This document shows, one piece after another, positions 1 to 9,590 of a stretch of 64,000 bases of DNA (its first letter is position 1; the number at the start of each line of letters is the position of its first letter). The stretch is taken from the IMG/VR virus record IMGVR_UViG_3300021400_000103, one strand, 5' to 3'. The translations under genes were made by a program, and so were the position numbers. The notes below the pieces were generated by a model, which saw only the letters and a program-made list of their open reading frames with translations, was not told where the DNA came from and made no database searches. This DNA comes from a virus (lineage: Duplodnaviria > Caudoviricetes).

Positions 1-52
1 AACGGTAAAACAAAGAATTGTTAATTCAAACGGTGACTATGAACTAGTATCC

Positions 53-973
53 ATGTGGACACATTCCGATACGATCGAGTTGCCTGACGGACAACCGCTG
101 ACTAACAAAGTAAATCGTGGCGTGTATATTGACACAAAAGAAACAAGTGACATGTTGATCGAACCACCGGCAATCGATGATTATGACGTATCACCAAATA
201 AGTTGTGGAGTTCGCAGAAGATTAATAACGAACTTGAGAACAAAGCTACTCTGGATGATACATCGTTGACAACCGATGCAACATGGAGTGCTTATAAGAT
301 TAACAATGCACTATCTACAAAGGGAACTATTAACGACAGCATCACCGCTACCAGCTCGACATGGAGTTCTAGTAAGATAGGCGGGCTATTTGCAACCAAG
401 GCGGAAATTAATGATAGTTTGCTCTCTTCTACTTCAACATATAGTTCGCAGAAGATTGAGAGCCTGATCGCTACTAGTACTGGAGCTATTGATGATGCGA
501 AGACAGATACTACACACACATGGAGTTCGAGCAAGATTAATACGCAGATCAATACTCAGGTTGCTACCAAGGCAAGTATCAATGACAATACGCCGTCTAG
601 TAGCACCACGTATAGCGGAACAAAAATAGAAGCATTATATGCAAAGACAAACCGGAGCGTTGGCGATACAAGAACTCCAGTTTATTTTTCAGGAGGTGTT
701 CCAGTTGCTACATCTATAATTATACGAAATTATGGTATAGCAGCTGGAAATGTTTTGGAAGTTGATGCTCCACATGAATCACTAGTTATTGTTGGTAAGT
801 TAAATAAATATGCCGTTGCATTTATTGATTATAAGGGTAATGTTATTAATATACATGCAGACTCTACTTTGGCGGATATTTATTATGATGATACAAGAAA
901 CATATTAAGTGTATCAAATTCATATACTGGTCAACAGATTAGTGCATTGCTAATTGCGAGCGCTCCTCGTTAA
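53..973 (+). CDS. Phage tail-fibre/structural-like protein with six (I/L)(N/D)D-x8-(W/Y)S-x2-KI repeats
   Basis: Six copies of the repeat (e.g. INDSITATSSTWSSSKI); lies directly upstream of the endolysin; C-terminal part is AT-rich. Confidence 0.55.
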   Translation: MWTHSDTIELPDGQPLTNKVNRGVYIDTKETSDMLIEPPAIDDYDVSPNKLWSSQKINNELENKATLDDTSLTTDATWSAYKINNALSTKGTINDSITATSSTWSSSKIGGLFATKAEINDSLLSSTSTYSSQKIESLIATSTGAIDDAKTDTTHTWSSSKINTQINTQVATKASINDNTPSSSTTYSGTKIEALYAKTNRSVGDTRTPVYFSGGVPVATSIIIRNYGIAAGNVLEVDAPHESLVIVGKLNKYAVAFIDYKGNVINIHADSTLADIYYDDTRNILSVSNSYTGQQISALLIASAPR

Positions 974-1002
974 AAGTAAAGATTTAAAGGAGGTACAGAA
1001 AT

Positions 1003-2592
1003 ATGGCAGTTAATTGGAAACCATATGTATGTATGCAGACAAACTCCACATGTTATAGAAAGACCTCGACGATGAAAATTGTCGGGGTCTTATGGCATGA
1101 TACGGGATGTAACAATCCTTGGCTGAGTCGTTATGTACAGCCTACGGAGGGATCTGCAAATTATGCAAAAGACATTGAAAAGATTGGTAAGAACCGAGCG
1201 GGGACAGACTGGAACCATAAGGAAGTTCAAGCTGGACTGAACTGCTGGGTTGGAAAATTTGACGACGGATCTGTCGGTACAGTACAGAGTATGCCGTGGA
1301 ATTTCCGTCCATGGGGATGTGGTGGCGGAAGCCGAGGAAGCTGTAATGACGGCTGGATACAATTCGAGATTATGTAAACCAACACAGGTCTCCGTGTAGG
1401 GTAACCTGCATGTAAAAATACGCATTGAATTGCTGGAACGCCATAATGCTAATCATACCACAACGTAGGAATGAAATATGTCCAAGCGTGATGGTTACGA
1501 AAGTAGAAAGAAATGATTGGATGGGAGCGAGGTTAAATCCCCTGCTCTCTTTTTTAATTGGTAATCAGCAGCGAAGCTCCGAAAAGGAGAACGTTCAACG
1601 ATCATCCCGGGAGGGAGTAGGCAGCTTGTCGTCTGCCGGAGTGGTGCGCACCCTTATGAGGGTGAAGATATGATCTACGATATAGCTGTGAAGATGCTAA
1701 AACCGACAAGGAGTATGCCCTTAAAGCATACAAAGAAGCTGTAAAACTTACTGCGTGGATTTGCGAACAGTACGGAATTGACCCCCATGGTACAGTACGC
1801 AAAGCTGGCAGAGATGTCCCGACTATCCTCTGCCACTGGGACAGCTATAATCTTGGACTCGGCAGTGGCCATTCGGACATTTACGACTGGACGGCTATGT
1901 GGGATGCTCTTGGTATCAAGATTACAGACCGCAATGATCCGTACAACAACCCGATGATAACAAAACTTCGTAATGACGTGGCTGCACTGATGAAGAAAGT
2001 TGGCTGGTATGAAGAAGATGGTAAGTGGTACTACTACTATAACAGCGGAAAGTTCGCCGTTGGTTGGACAAAGATTAACAAGAAGTGGTATTACTTTGGT
2101 AATGACGGTGTTATGAGGACAGGATGGCTTCAGGACAACAAGAACTGGTACTACCTCAACGACCAAGGAAAGATGGTTGTCGGATGGCAGTTCATCGATA
2201 ACAAGTGGTACTTCTTCGCAAATAGTGGTGCCATGAAGACCGGATGGATTAAGTCTAAGAAGGATTGGTACTTCCTGAATAAAGATGGGTCTATGGCTAC
2301 CGGATGGATTCTGGATGGTAAGGCTCAGTATTACCTGAATAAGAATGGTGATATGGCGCACGAAGAGTGGATTAAGGATACTGATCCTACTGGAACAAAC
2401 AAGGGATATTACTGGCTCAGTAAGAACGGCAAGTTCACGTATCCATATTCTGGCAAGTGGACAAAGATCAAGGGAACGGATAAGTGGAAGTTCGAGGATA
2501 GTACCGGATGGTATGCCAAAGATGAGACTATCAAGATCGCCGGTGTATGCTACACATTTGATAAAGACGGATACTTGGTTGAAGATAAATAA
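1003..2592 (+). CDS. Endolysin, N-acetylmuramoyl-L-alanine amidase (Amidase_2) with C-terminal choline/cell-wall-binding repeats; spliced join(1003..1370,1686..2592), 424 aa
   Basis: RBS AAGGAGG; motifs WHDTG, QFEICED (formed only after splicing) and LCH...GHSD; GW-x4-KWYY-type repeats at the C-terminus; exon 2 is open and in frame with ORF 1897..2592. Confidence 0.9.
1371..1685 (+). ncRNA. Group I self-splicing intron (IA-like, with P7.1/P7.2), no ORF
   Basis: P1: exon GAGAU pairs with GUCUC (1388-1392), U-G at the splice site. P10: CACAG (1383-1387) pairs with exon 2 CUGUG. P4 TTGCTG/CAGCAG; R GTTCAACGATCA; S AAGATATGATCT; P8 CACCCT/AGGGTG; terminal G1685. Confidence 0.92.
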
Positions 2593-2595
2593 TGC

Positions 2596-2624
2596 TTGAC
2601 ATTATCCGTATGGTTTGATAATAT
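2596..2624 (+). promoter_or_regulatory. Sigma70/sigmaA-type promoter pointing into attP
   Basis: TTGACA-17-TAATAT. Confidence 0.5.
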
Positions 2625-2668
2625 ACCACTTGTGGTTACAAGGTCGCCAAAATAAAAACTTTCCCGAA

Positions 2669-2952
2669 TAGGCGTAAAAAATCGGCGTAAAGTTGAAAAA
2701 AATAGGCGTAAGGCTTTGAAAACCGCATAAATAAAGGCACAGGGGATTGGTCAAATGGTATGATAGGGGTCTCCAAAAACAGATGTGAGTATTTTTCAAG
2801 CACTAAAAAATATAACCGCAAGCCCGCATAAATAAAGGGTTTGCGGTTTTTTTGTCTCCTGACATTTTAGGCTTATTTCGGTAATAAGTGGTATCTAATG
2901 GTATCTATTTCGGCGTAAAATGGGCGTAAATTGTCACCCAAATGGGCGTAAG
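2669..2952. other. attP site: core region 2741-2778 is the 5' half of tRNA-Trp(CCA), flanked by GGCGTAA arm-type repeats
   Basis: AGGGGAT TG GTCA AATGGTA TGAT A GGGGT CTCCAAAA = acceptor 5' strand, D arm and anticodon loop; three GGCGTAA repeats on each side; adjacent to the integrase. Confidence 0.8.
2815..2852 (+). terminator. Rho-independent terminator-like hairpin in attP
   Basis: AACCGCAAGCCC...GGGTTTGCGGTT followed by a T-run. Confidence 0.6.
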
Positions 2953-2956
2953 TCTG

Positions 2957-2986
2957 TTGACAAGCATTTCTTCGTTATGTTATAGT
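2957..2986 (+). promoter_or_regulatory. Integrase promoter
   Basis: TTGACA-18-TATAGT with extended TG; RBS GAGGAGG before ATG 3008. Confidence 0.6.
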
Positions 2987-3007
2987 CACATTAGAGGAGG
3001 TGATATA

Positions 3008-4171
3008 ATGAAGAAACTTGCAAAACTTCCAAGAGGAGAAGGCAGTTTTTCCCGTAGAGCGAATGGATCTCTGGAGTATAAAAAGTATGTTCATGTTAAC
3101 AACGGCACTATCCGCACTGTCGTGTACGGTAAAACCGAACGTGAGTGCATGGAGAAGATGCGTGAAAAGGAAGCGGCCATAAAAGAGCGGAGTAAGTTCA
3201 CCTCTGATCAGTTACTCGGCGAAGCTCTTATCGTATGGATTAACAAAGTTAAGAAACCTACATTAAAGAAGCAGTCCTATGACAGACTTATAGGTGCAGC
3301 CCGTCAGATTGGTAAGTCAGATATTGGCCGCCGGTACTATAGCAAGATCGACACCATGGAACTTCAGCACTACATATATCATCTTCTTGAGTTGAGGTAT
3401 GCATGGGGTACGATCAAGAAATCATATGATCTGCTCCGGGCCTTCTATCGCTACATGTCTATAAAGGAACAGTTTCGTGATCCAATGGCGCTGGTTGTTA
3501 TGCCAAGGAAAGACAACGTCAAGGTAGATAGTCGGCAGATAGAATGGTTTGAAGAGGAAGATATCCAGAGGTTTACCGAAGCCTGTGATGCAAGGTGGAA
3601 TACTGGTCGACTAAAGAATAAATACGCCTATGCTATCGCCGCCAATATATACCTCGGATTACGTGGTGGGGAACTTCTCAGTTTAAAATGGAAGGATGTA
3701 GACTTCGACAGAAACACAATATACGTATCAAAGACTTTGATTGAATACCGGGATAAGAACGGTAAGACTAAATTTGAAGTGCAGGAATCTACAAAGAGAG
3801 ATAAGAACAGATATGTACCGATGAATTCAAAGGCCAAATCCTTCATGTTAAAGCATCTGGAGGAGAGTGAGTTTACGGATCCAGAAGACTTTGTGATATC
3901 AACGTCTAACCGTAGAACTACCACATTGAAGAATCTGTCGGACACTATCCGCAATATAGAGGAAGAAGCCGACACAACGGTACGTACTTACAATACGCAT
4001 ATCTTGCGTCATACATGCGCATCGCTGTACTTCAGAGCTGGCGTACCGGTCGAGACTATTTGTGCTATCCTCGGTAATACTCGTGAAGTATGTGAAAAAA
4101 CATATGTCCACTTCGCAGAGGAACAGCTCAAGAACGCTGCATCCAAAATTGTGCCGATTATTGAATTGTAG
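3008..4171 (+). CDS. int: Tyrosine integrase
   Basis: N-terminal RGEGS arm-binding region; GLRGGE, HILRHT and TYVH motifs; beside attP; start set at 3008 from the RBS. Confidence 0.93.
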   Translation: MKKLAKLPRGEGSFSRRANGSLEYKKYVHVNNGTIRTVVYGKTERECMEKMREKEAAIKERSKFTSDQLLGEALIVWINKVKKPTLKKQSYDRLIGAARQIGKSDIGRRYYSKIDTMELQHYIYHLLELRYAWGTIKKSYDLLRAFYRYMSIKEQFRDPMALVVMPRKDNVKVDSRQIEWFEEEDIQRFTEACDARWNTGRLKNKYAYAIAANIYLGLRGGELLSLKWKDVDFDRNTIYVSKTLIEYRDKNGKTKFEVQESTKRDKNRYVPMNSKAKSFMLKHLEESEFTDPEDFVISTSNRRTTTLKNLSDTIRNIEEEADTTVRTYNTHILRHTCASLYFRAGVPVETICAILGNTREVCEKTYVHFAEEQLKNAASKIVPIIEL

Positions 4172-4226
4172 GATAAATTGAAGTGTGCTATACTCATTGT
4201 ATAATCCAATACAGGAGGATATACAC

Positions 4227-4577
4227 ATGGCTAGAAAGAACTATACGGAAGAACAAAAGAAATCCGCAGTAGACAAGGTTAAAGAGGTTGGAGTTAACAA
4301 AGCGTCCAAAGAGCTTGGCATTTCTACATCTACACTTACTGCTTGGAGTAAAGCCCAGGTAACACCCGAAAAGGAAGAAGTACCTAAGAAAGATGTTACA
4401 CCTGTTAAGAAGACTACGGCTACAGTCAAAAAGACCCGCAAGTCTAGGAAAGGCTCACCCGAAGTTAAACGATTAGAGGAGCTTGAGAAGGAAAATCGCG
4501 AACTCTCAACACTCAACATGAAGCTGAAGGCTGAGAGAGATCAACTTAAGAAAGCAATTCGAGATATCATCTCATAA
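4227..4577 (+). CDS. HTH (IS3 OrfA/HTH_Tnp_1-like) protein with coiled coil, probable regulator
   Basis: RKNYTEEQKKSAV...ASKELGISTSTLTAW; own RBS AGGAGG; no transposase OrfB follows. Confidence 0.6.
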   Translation: MARKNYTEEQKKSAVDKVKEVGVNKASKELGISTSTLTAWSKAQVTPEKEEVPKKDVTPVKKTTATVKKTRKSRKGSPEVKRLEELEKENRELSTLNMKLKAERDQLKKAIRDIIS

Positions 4578-4583
4578 TCCTTC

Positions 4584-4619
4584 AAAAGCCCAAGAGGTTG
4601 TTCCCCCTTGGGCTTTTTT
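4584..4619. terminator. Bidirectional terminator between convergent operons
   Basis: AAAAGCCCAAG...CTTGGGCTTTTTT. Confidence 0.8.
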
Positions 4620-4623
4620 CGTC

Positions 4624-4797
4624 TCAGTTTATTGAATCCATATAAGCTTTAAACTTGTCCTCCGGGATGATATACTGCCTCCCAACCTTAACCTTCGGAA
4701 AATCCGGCTGGTTAATCATTTCATATATCTTCTTCATGCTAAAACCTAAAATGGATTGAATATCCTTTGGTTTGAGGTATTTAATCTCCATACGCAT
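4624..4797 (-). CDS. Excisionase-like winged-helix protein (57 aa, not in the ORF track)
   Basis: Translated by hand: MRMEIKYLKPKDIQSILGFSMKKIYEMINQPDFPKVKVGRQYIIPEDKFKAYMDSIN; RBS GAAAGG; convergent with int. Confidence 0.75.
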   Translation of the reverse strand: MRMEIKYLKPKDIQSILGFSMKKIYEMINQPDFPKVKVGRQYIIPEDKFKAYMDSIN

Positions 4798-5548
4798 TTC
4801 CTTTCAAATAATTATTTTTCTTTATTACAGCATCCAGCAGATCGTGGTTTACACCGCACTCTTCCGAAATATATGCCAGCGCTGCAATGTCTTTAGGTAA
4901 ACAACTCCCGCCATACCCACGATTATCTTCATATACGAATGTGTGGCTACGGCTAATGCGCGGATCTTTTAACCATACTTCCCGCAGTTCGTCGTAATCA
5001 ACTCCGCACTTCTTTGCTATATCATACATCTCATTGCAGAATGTAACCTTAGTTGCATAGAAGCAATTCTCCATGTATTTAGCCAGTTCTGCGGTAGATG
5101 CATCCGTCTTAACAATCTCAACGTCTGCCGTGTACACCTTCTGATATTCTTTAACAACCTCTGCTGTATCCTCGGCGGATCCACCAAGCGTGATCCATGT
5201 GCGATTCCTAAGATCCGCAAGTGGGTGATGATGTGTCTCGCCATAATACTCCGGTTGAAACACTATGCGCTTACCCAGCTCTTTCTTCTTACGTTCTGTA
5301 TACCCTACTGGCACAGTGCTTCGAATTACTATTACCTTAGTAGTACACCAGTTAAGCACTTCGTCCACCGCAGTTGTGTCACAGTGTCCGTCGTCTGCCA
5401 TCGGAGTAGGAACACACACAAATGCTATGTCGCATTCATTGATTTGTTCACGCGTGACATATCCTTTATATTTATCATATACAACTGCATCTTCGAACAG
5501 TTTATTCATAGCTCCGCCAACATGTCCATTACCGATTATTCCTACCAT
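4781..5548 (-). CDS. UDP-glucose/GDP-mannose dehydrogenase family (N-terminal and central domains only)
   Basis: GIIGNGHVG, FVCVPTP, IRSTVPVG, AELAKY and GYGGSCLPKD motifs. Confidence 0.88.
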   Translation of the reverse strand: MVGIIGNGHVGGAMNKLFEDAVVYDKYKGYVTREQINECDIAFVCVPTPMADDGHCDTTAVDEVLNWCTTKVIVIRSTVPVGYTERKKKELGKRIVFQPEYYGETHHHPLADLRNRTWITLGGSAEDTAEVVKEYQKVYTADVEIVKTDASTAELAKYMENCFYATKVTFCNEMYDIAKKCGVDYDELREVWLKDPRISRSHTFVYEDNRGYGGSCLPKDIAALAYISEECGVNHDLLDAVIKKNNYLKGNAYGD

Positions 5549-5556
5549 ATCCCCTC

Positions 5557-6438
5557 CTAAGCGTAATATGTTACTATCATTCCGGTTGGTGTAACCGTGG
5601 TCTTTGTGGGTTTCGTCTTATCATATTCTATACGCTCTGCTTCAAAATTACGGCAGAACAGTTTAACCACCTTTGGGTTAAAGAAGTAATTCATTTCTCC
5701 TATAATTTCGAACTTCTTGGGATGTTTATTCATACTCTTTAACCACACTTTGATCTCAGGATCCTTGTCTGAATAGATTAATTTATTTCCTCTAGCGACA
5801 ATGATTCTTTGGAACGGATAAAACGGATCTGTAACATTTACCCATCCAGACTTCCACGTACCCTCGAAGTAGTGGATGCCAATGGTTTTGGGCGTAATCA
5901 GATCCAATTTCCTAGTTGGGAAATACTCTTCGCCAAGTATCGTGAAGCCGTCATCGTAGGTTGTTAACTGTGATCCATGTATGTCATACATCTTGTACAT
6001 GTTCTTAATAAACTCTTTATGAAGTATTGCCCCAGGAACAAGTCCTTCTTTTGCTCTCTTATAAAGCTCTGGAAAATATTTGCAGTCGCATCCGAGTACG
6101 CCTGAGTCCGGCTGACTTGGTTCAAATTCCGTAATAAATCCATGGTTATACTGAAGCAGTTCGTCAAGTGGTTTTATGAGTTGTACGTCTGTATCAAGGT
6201 AGATACCGCTTGATTTACTAAGGAATTCAAGTCTTGCAGCGTTGCTCACGTAAGACCAGTTTTTATGCTCATATGCGGTCTTTGAATACGGAGTTGAGTT
6301 AACGTCAAAGTTATCTTCGTTGATTTCCACAATTTCATAGTCCGGGCATATCCTCTTCCATGACTCAATACACTTTTTGTTGAGTTCGGACATTTCTCCA
6401 TGCCCAAACCAACAGTAGAAAATCCGCTTATCTATCAT
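5557..6438 (-). CDS. Glycosyltransferase family 32 (DXD, OCH1-like)
   Basis: KRIFYCWFG, CIESWK and GIYLDTDV motifs. Confidence 0.85.
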   Translation of the reverse strand: MIDKRIFYCWFGHGEMSELNKKCIESWKRICPDYEIVEINEDNFDVNSTPYSKTAYEHKNWSYVSNAARLEFLSKSSGIYLDTDVQLIKPLDELLQYNHGFITEFEPSQPDSGVLGCDCKYFPELYKRAKEGLVPGAILHKEFIKNMYKMYDIHGSQLTTYDDGFTILGEEYFPTRKLDLITPKTIGIHYFEGTWKSGWVNVTDPFYPFQRIIVARGNKLIYSDKDPEIKVWLKSMNKHPKKFEIIGEMNYFFNPKVVKLFCRNFEAERIEYDKTKPTKTTVTPTGMIVTYYA

Positions 6439-6457
6439 AGAGTTTTTTTCCCCCCCC

Positions 6458-6898
6458 CTACTTGCCAGTGCTTCCGATTCCGCCCTGTCCTCGCTCCGTA
6501 TCAGAGAGAGTGTCTGTTTCTACTATATTAAAGAGATAATACGGGAGCAGTATCATCTGCGCCAAACGCTCTCCTCGTTCAATCATCTGAGGTTGTTCTC
6601 CGACATTTGTAAATGCCATCATAATTTCGTTCCTATAATCATTGTCGATAACCCCAACATTATTAGGCAATGTCAGATGTCTCTTAATACCAACACTACT
6701 CCTCGGCACAACCATTCCCCAGAACCCATCCGGGAACTCGCAAGCGATACCACTACCTATAATCTTTGTTTCTCCTGGTAAAATCATTACAAACGGTTCG
6801 TGGATGTCTGCATATAGGTCGATTCCAGCCGAATAGGCGGTACCTCTTTTTGGCAGTATCGCCGTATCACTAACTTTCTTAACCTTTAATTCAAGCAT
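6458..6898 (-). CDS. dut: Trimeric dUTPase
   Basis: SAGIDL, PRSS, GVIDNDYR and RGQGGIGSTG motifs. Confidence 0.96.
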   Translation of the reverse strand: MLELKVKKVSDTAILPKRGTAYSAGIDLYADIHEPFVMILPGETKIIGSGIACEFPDGFWGMVVPRSSVGIKRHLTLPNNVGVIDNDYRNEIMMAFTNVGEQPQMIERGERLAQMILLPYYLFNIVETDTLSDTERGQGGIGSTGK

Positions 6899-7055
6899 TT
6901 TTTAATCCCTCCAATTTTTCTTTTAGCTGCCGAATATCAAATGATAACCGTCTACTTGTATTCCAATCCGTTGTGTTCCAACGGTCTTTCATATCTAAGA
7001 CGAATTTGGCGTTTTCCAATTCATCTATCTTTGATCTGATTTCTTCTTCTGTCAT
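6891..7055 (-). CDS. Small hypothetical protein (paralog of 7052..7216)
   Basis: Hand translation MTEEEIRSKIDELENAKFVLDMKDRW...; overlaps neighbouring genes. Confidence 0.6.
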   Translation of the reverse strand: MTEEEIRSKIDELENAKFVLDMKDRWNTTDWNTSRRLSFDIRQLKEKLEGLKNA

Positions 7056-7216
7056 GCGTACCCCTCATTTAATTGGTTAAAACAGTACACAATCTGTTGC
7101 GACAACCTAAGACTCTGTAGCTCATCTATTTCGTCCCAGTCATCCTTGCAATCCAAGATAAACTGTTTGTGTTGCAGGTCTTGAAGTTGTGCTTCTATAT
7201 CTTGCCTGTTCATCAT
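7052..7216 (-). CDS. Small hypothetical protein (paralog of 6891..7055)
   Basis: Hand translation MMNRQDIEAQLQDLQHKQFILDCKDDW...; RBS AAGGAG. Confidence 0.6.
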   Translation of the reverse strand: MMNRQDIEAQLQDLQHKQFILDCKDDWDEIDELQSLRLSQQIVYCFNQLNEGYA

Positions 7217-7325
7217 TTTTTTCTCCTTCTATAATATGTACGGTTACCCCAACTCCGCCGTACCGCATCAGTCGCCCAAAAATTGTCACTCGTTGCCGAG
7301 GCTGATGTTGCCCATGAAATGTGTT

Positions 7326-9581
7326 TTATAAGTTCATCTTTTTACTATGTTTATATCGCATCTCAGTTTCCTGCTGTTTGCCAAGATTAAATGCTGTTTT
7401 GTAATCTCCTGTTAGATATCCAGTCACCCTACGAAGTCTCTGTATGTGATGACTCCCACATTGTGGACATACATCGTTCAAGTCGTCCGTATATCCACAC
7501 TCCAAACATGTGTCGCAAGGAACATTTACAGCAAAATAAGGTACATCCTTATCCATCGCATAATTTACAACGGTTTCCAATGCTTCTAAGTTTTGTTTTG
7601 CACTGGCATCAAACTCCGCATAAACTATGCAGCCTGCCGACGAATATCCTGTCAACTGTGATTCAATATCGATTTTTGTAAACGGATCACATTCATACCA
7701 CACAGGCACATGAATTGAGTTTGTGAAATACAATCTATCAGACACTTTTGGTATTTCACCATATGTCTCTCTGAATTTCTTCATTGCCGTATAACACAGA
7801 TTTTCTGCGGGGGTATAGTATACTCCGAAATTTAATTTGTATTCTTGTTTAAACTCAGAACACCGATCTTTAAACAACTTTTCTATTTTCTTAGCTAATT
7901 CCATACCACGTTCTTCCGTATGATCACATCCAATAAGAATCTGTAATGTTTCCGCAAGCCCTATTTGACCTATTGCCAATGTTCCGTGTTTAAGTGCTGA
8001 TCGAATACCTTCTTCTGGTACATATCCTTCCATCGTTCCATTCTCATACATAAACTTTGCAGATGCAGGACTTTGTGAACAAATCCATTCAAATCTTTCA
8101 ATAAGCATATCCTTAGCTTCATAGATTTTGTTATCAAGTAAAGACATGAATCGTTGTATATAAAATTTATGTGCTAGGTCTAATTCATCTTTATCTCGCG
8201 TGTTATATTCATGTTGTTTTACAGCCTCCATTGCCAATGTAGGCATGATAATAGTTACCGGACAGATGTTTCCACGTCCATCTTTTAGTTGCCCAAAGCC
8301 GTTAATATCAAAGCCGTTAGCAGTCCGGCATCCCATGGTTGAAAAGAATGTCCTTGGATCGTTTTTGTCGTATCCTTCGTTACCGCTCCAATCACAATTA
8401 GCATAGTTAGGATAAAGTCTCTGTGATGTAGACCGAAGTGCTAACTGAAATAAGTCATAATTCGGATCTCCAGGATGACGATTAACACCTTTCATACACT
8501 GGAATATTCCACACGGGAAAATAGGTGTCTTATGGAACTTCCCAACCCCTTTTATCGAACCTTCGAGTAACGCTTTAGTTACCATACGTCCTTCCGGTAA
8601 TGTGCATGTTCCATAGTTAATACTTGTAAACGGCAACTGATTTCCGCTTCTCGATTGTAGAGTATTGAGGTTATGGTACATACCTTCAACGGCCTGTTGT
8701 GTTTCTTTAATCGTCATATCCATTGCGTATTGATACACTTTAGGGAATGCTTTATATATTTCATCATCAATACTTCTTCCACTATTGTCTGTCATATCTT
8801 CAAAATCCATATTAATGGCTTCGTTTAAATATCTTGTGCCAGTCTTAAAATGTTTCCAAAAACTTTTTCTCACATATGGAACCATTGTCCAATCTAAGTG
8901 TGTGGCTGAAACGCCGCCAAACTGTTGTAGGCTTTGAAGCTGAAATATAACTGCCACTAACTGAAATGCCGTATTTACAGAGTTGGCAGGTCTGATATCT
9001 GTTTGACGAGTATTAAATCCATTAGCCAATAGTTTATCAAATGGCACTGAGAGGCAATTGTGCATCCCAACTGCGTAACTATCAAGGTCGTGAATATATA
9101 TCTCATTATTCAAATGATTATTTCTTGACATTTCAGACATGCAGTAGTTTAAAGCGTAAGACTTCATAACTTCACTGCTGGCTTCTCCTCTTCTTCCACC
9201 AAATGAATATTCGTCAACATTAGCATTTTGGTTTTGTACGTCAGACGCCTTTAGTTTCTTACCAACGCCTTTCATAAGCAGACTATTACGTTCTCGTTCT
9301 CGTGTTCTCTTGTCTCTATAAAGAATGTAACACTTCGCAACATCCTTACGATTTGAAGCCATTAATTTATTTTCAACAGTATCTTGTATTTCTTCCACAT
9401 TGAAGTTTTTGTTCATGTCTTCAATATAGTCGGCAATATCATTAGCTTTTGTCCGAGCCTTAGTGGTTATTTCTCCGTCTACTTCCTCAAATGCTTTAAG
9501 AATAGCATTGACTATTTTGTCTCTATTAAATGAGACCTTCCTACCATCCCGTTTAACCACTTTCATAAACGTAGTCTCCAA
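7326..9581 (-). CDS. nrdD: Class III anaerobic ribonucleoside-triphosphate reductase with ATP cone
   Basis: VVKRDG ATP cone; IYIHDLD, MGCRT, TPAEN; CxxC...CPxCG; RRVTGYL glycyl-radical motif. Confidence 0.97.
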   Translation of the reverse strand: METTFMKVVKRDGRKVSFNRDKIVNAILKAFEEVDGEITTKARTKANDIADYIEDMNKNFNVEEIQDTVENKLMASNRKDVAKCYILYRDKRTRERERNSLLMKGVGKKLKASDVQNQNANVDEYSFGGRRGEASSEVMKSYALNYCMSEMSRNNHLNNEIYIHDLDSYAVGMHNCLSVPFDKLLANGFNTRQTDIRPANSVNTAFQLVAVIFQLQSLQQFGGVSATHLDWTMVPYVRKSFWKHFKTGTRYLNEAINMDFEDMTDNSGRSIDDEIYKAFPKVYQYAMDMTIKETQQAVEGMYHNLNTLQSRSGNQLPFTSINYGTCTLPEGRMVTKALLEGSIKGVGKFHKTPIFPCGIFQCMKGVNRHPGDPNYDLFQLALRSTSQRLYPNYANCDWSGNEGYDKNDPRTFFSTMGCRTANGFDINGFGQLKDGRGNICPVTIIMPTLAMEAVKQHEYNTRDKDELDLAHKFYIQRFMSLLDNKIYEAKDMLIERFEWICSQSPASAKFMYENGTMEGYVPEEGIRSALKHGTLAIGQIGLAETLQILIGCDHTEERGMELAKKIEKLFKDRCSEFKQEYKLNFGVYYTPAENLCYTAMKKFRETYGEIPKVSDRLYFTNSIHVPVWYECDPFTKIDIESQLTGYSSAGCIVYAEFDASAKQNLEALETVVNYAMDKDVPYFAVNVPCDTCLECGYTDDLNDVCPQCGSHHIQRLRRVTGYLTGDYKTAFNLGKQQETEMRYKHSKKMNL

Positions 9582-9590
9582 TCTCCAGTT

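Noticed and set aside
1425-1673. 82-aa ORF between the endolysin halves
   Set aside because: Lies inside the intron's structural core, with no RBS or nuclease motif
2741-2778. Functional tRNA-Trp gene
   Set aside because: 3' half is absent; interpreted as the att core
4227-4577. IS3-family insertion sequence
   Set aside because: Only an OrfA-like HTH; no DDE OrfB, terminal inverted repeats or target duplication seen
7314-7329. Junction site at the nrdD stop (ATGAAA-TGTG-TTTTAT)
   Set aside because: Spacer is 4 bp rather than 6, so it was not counted
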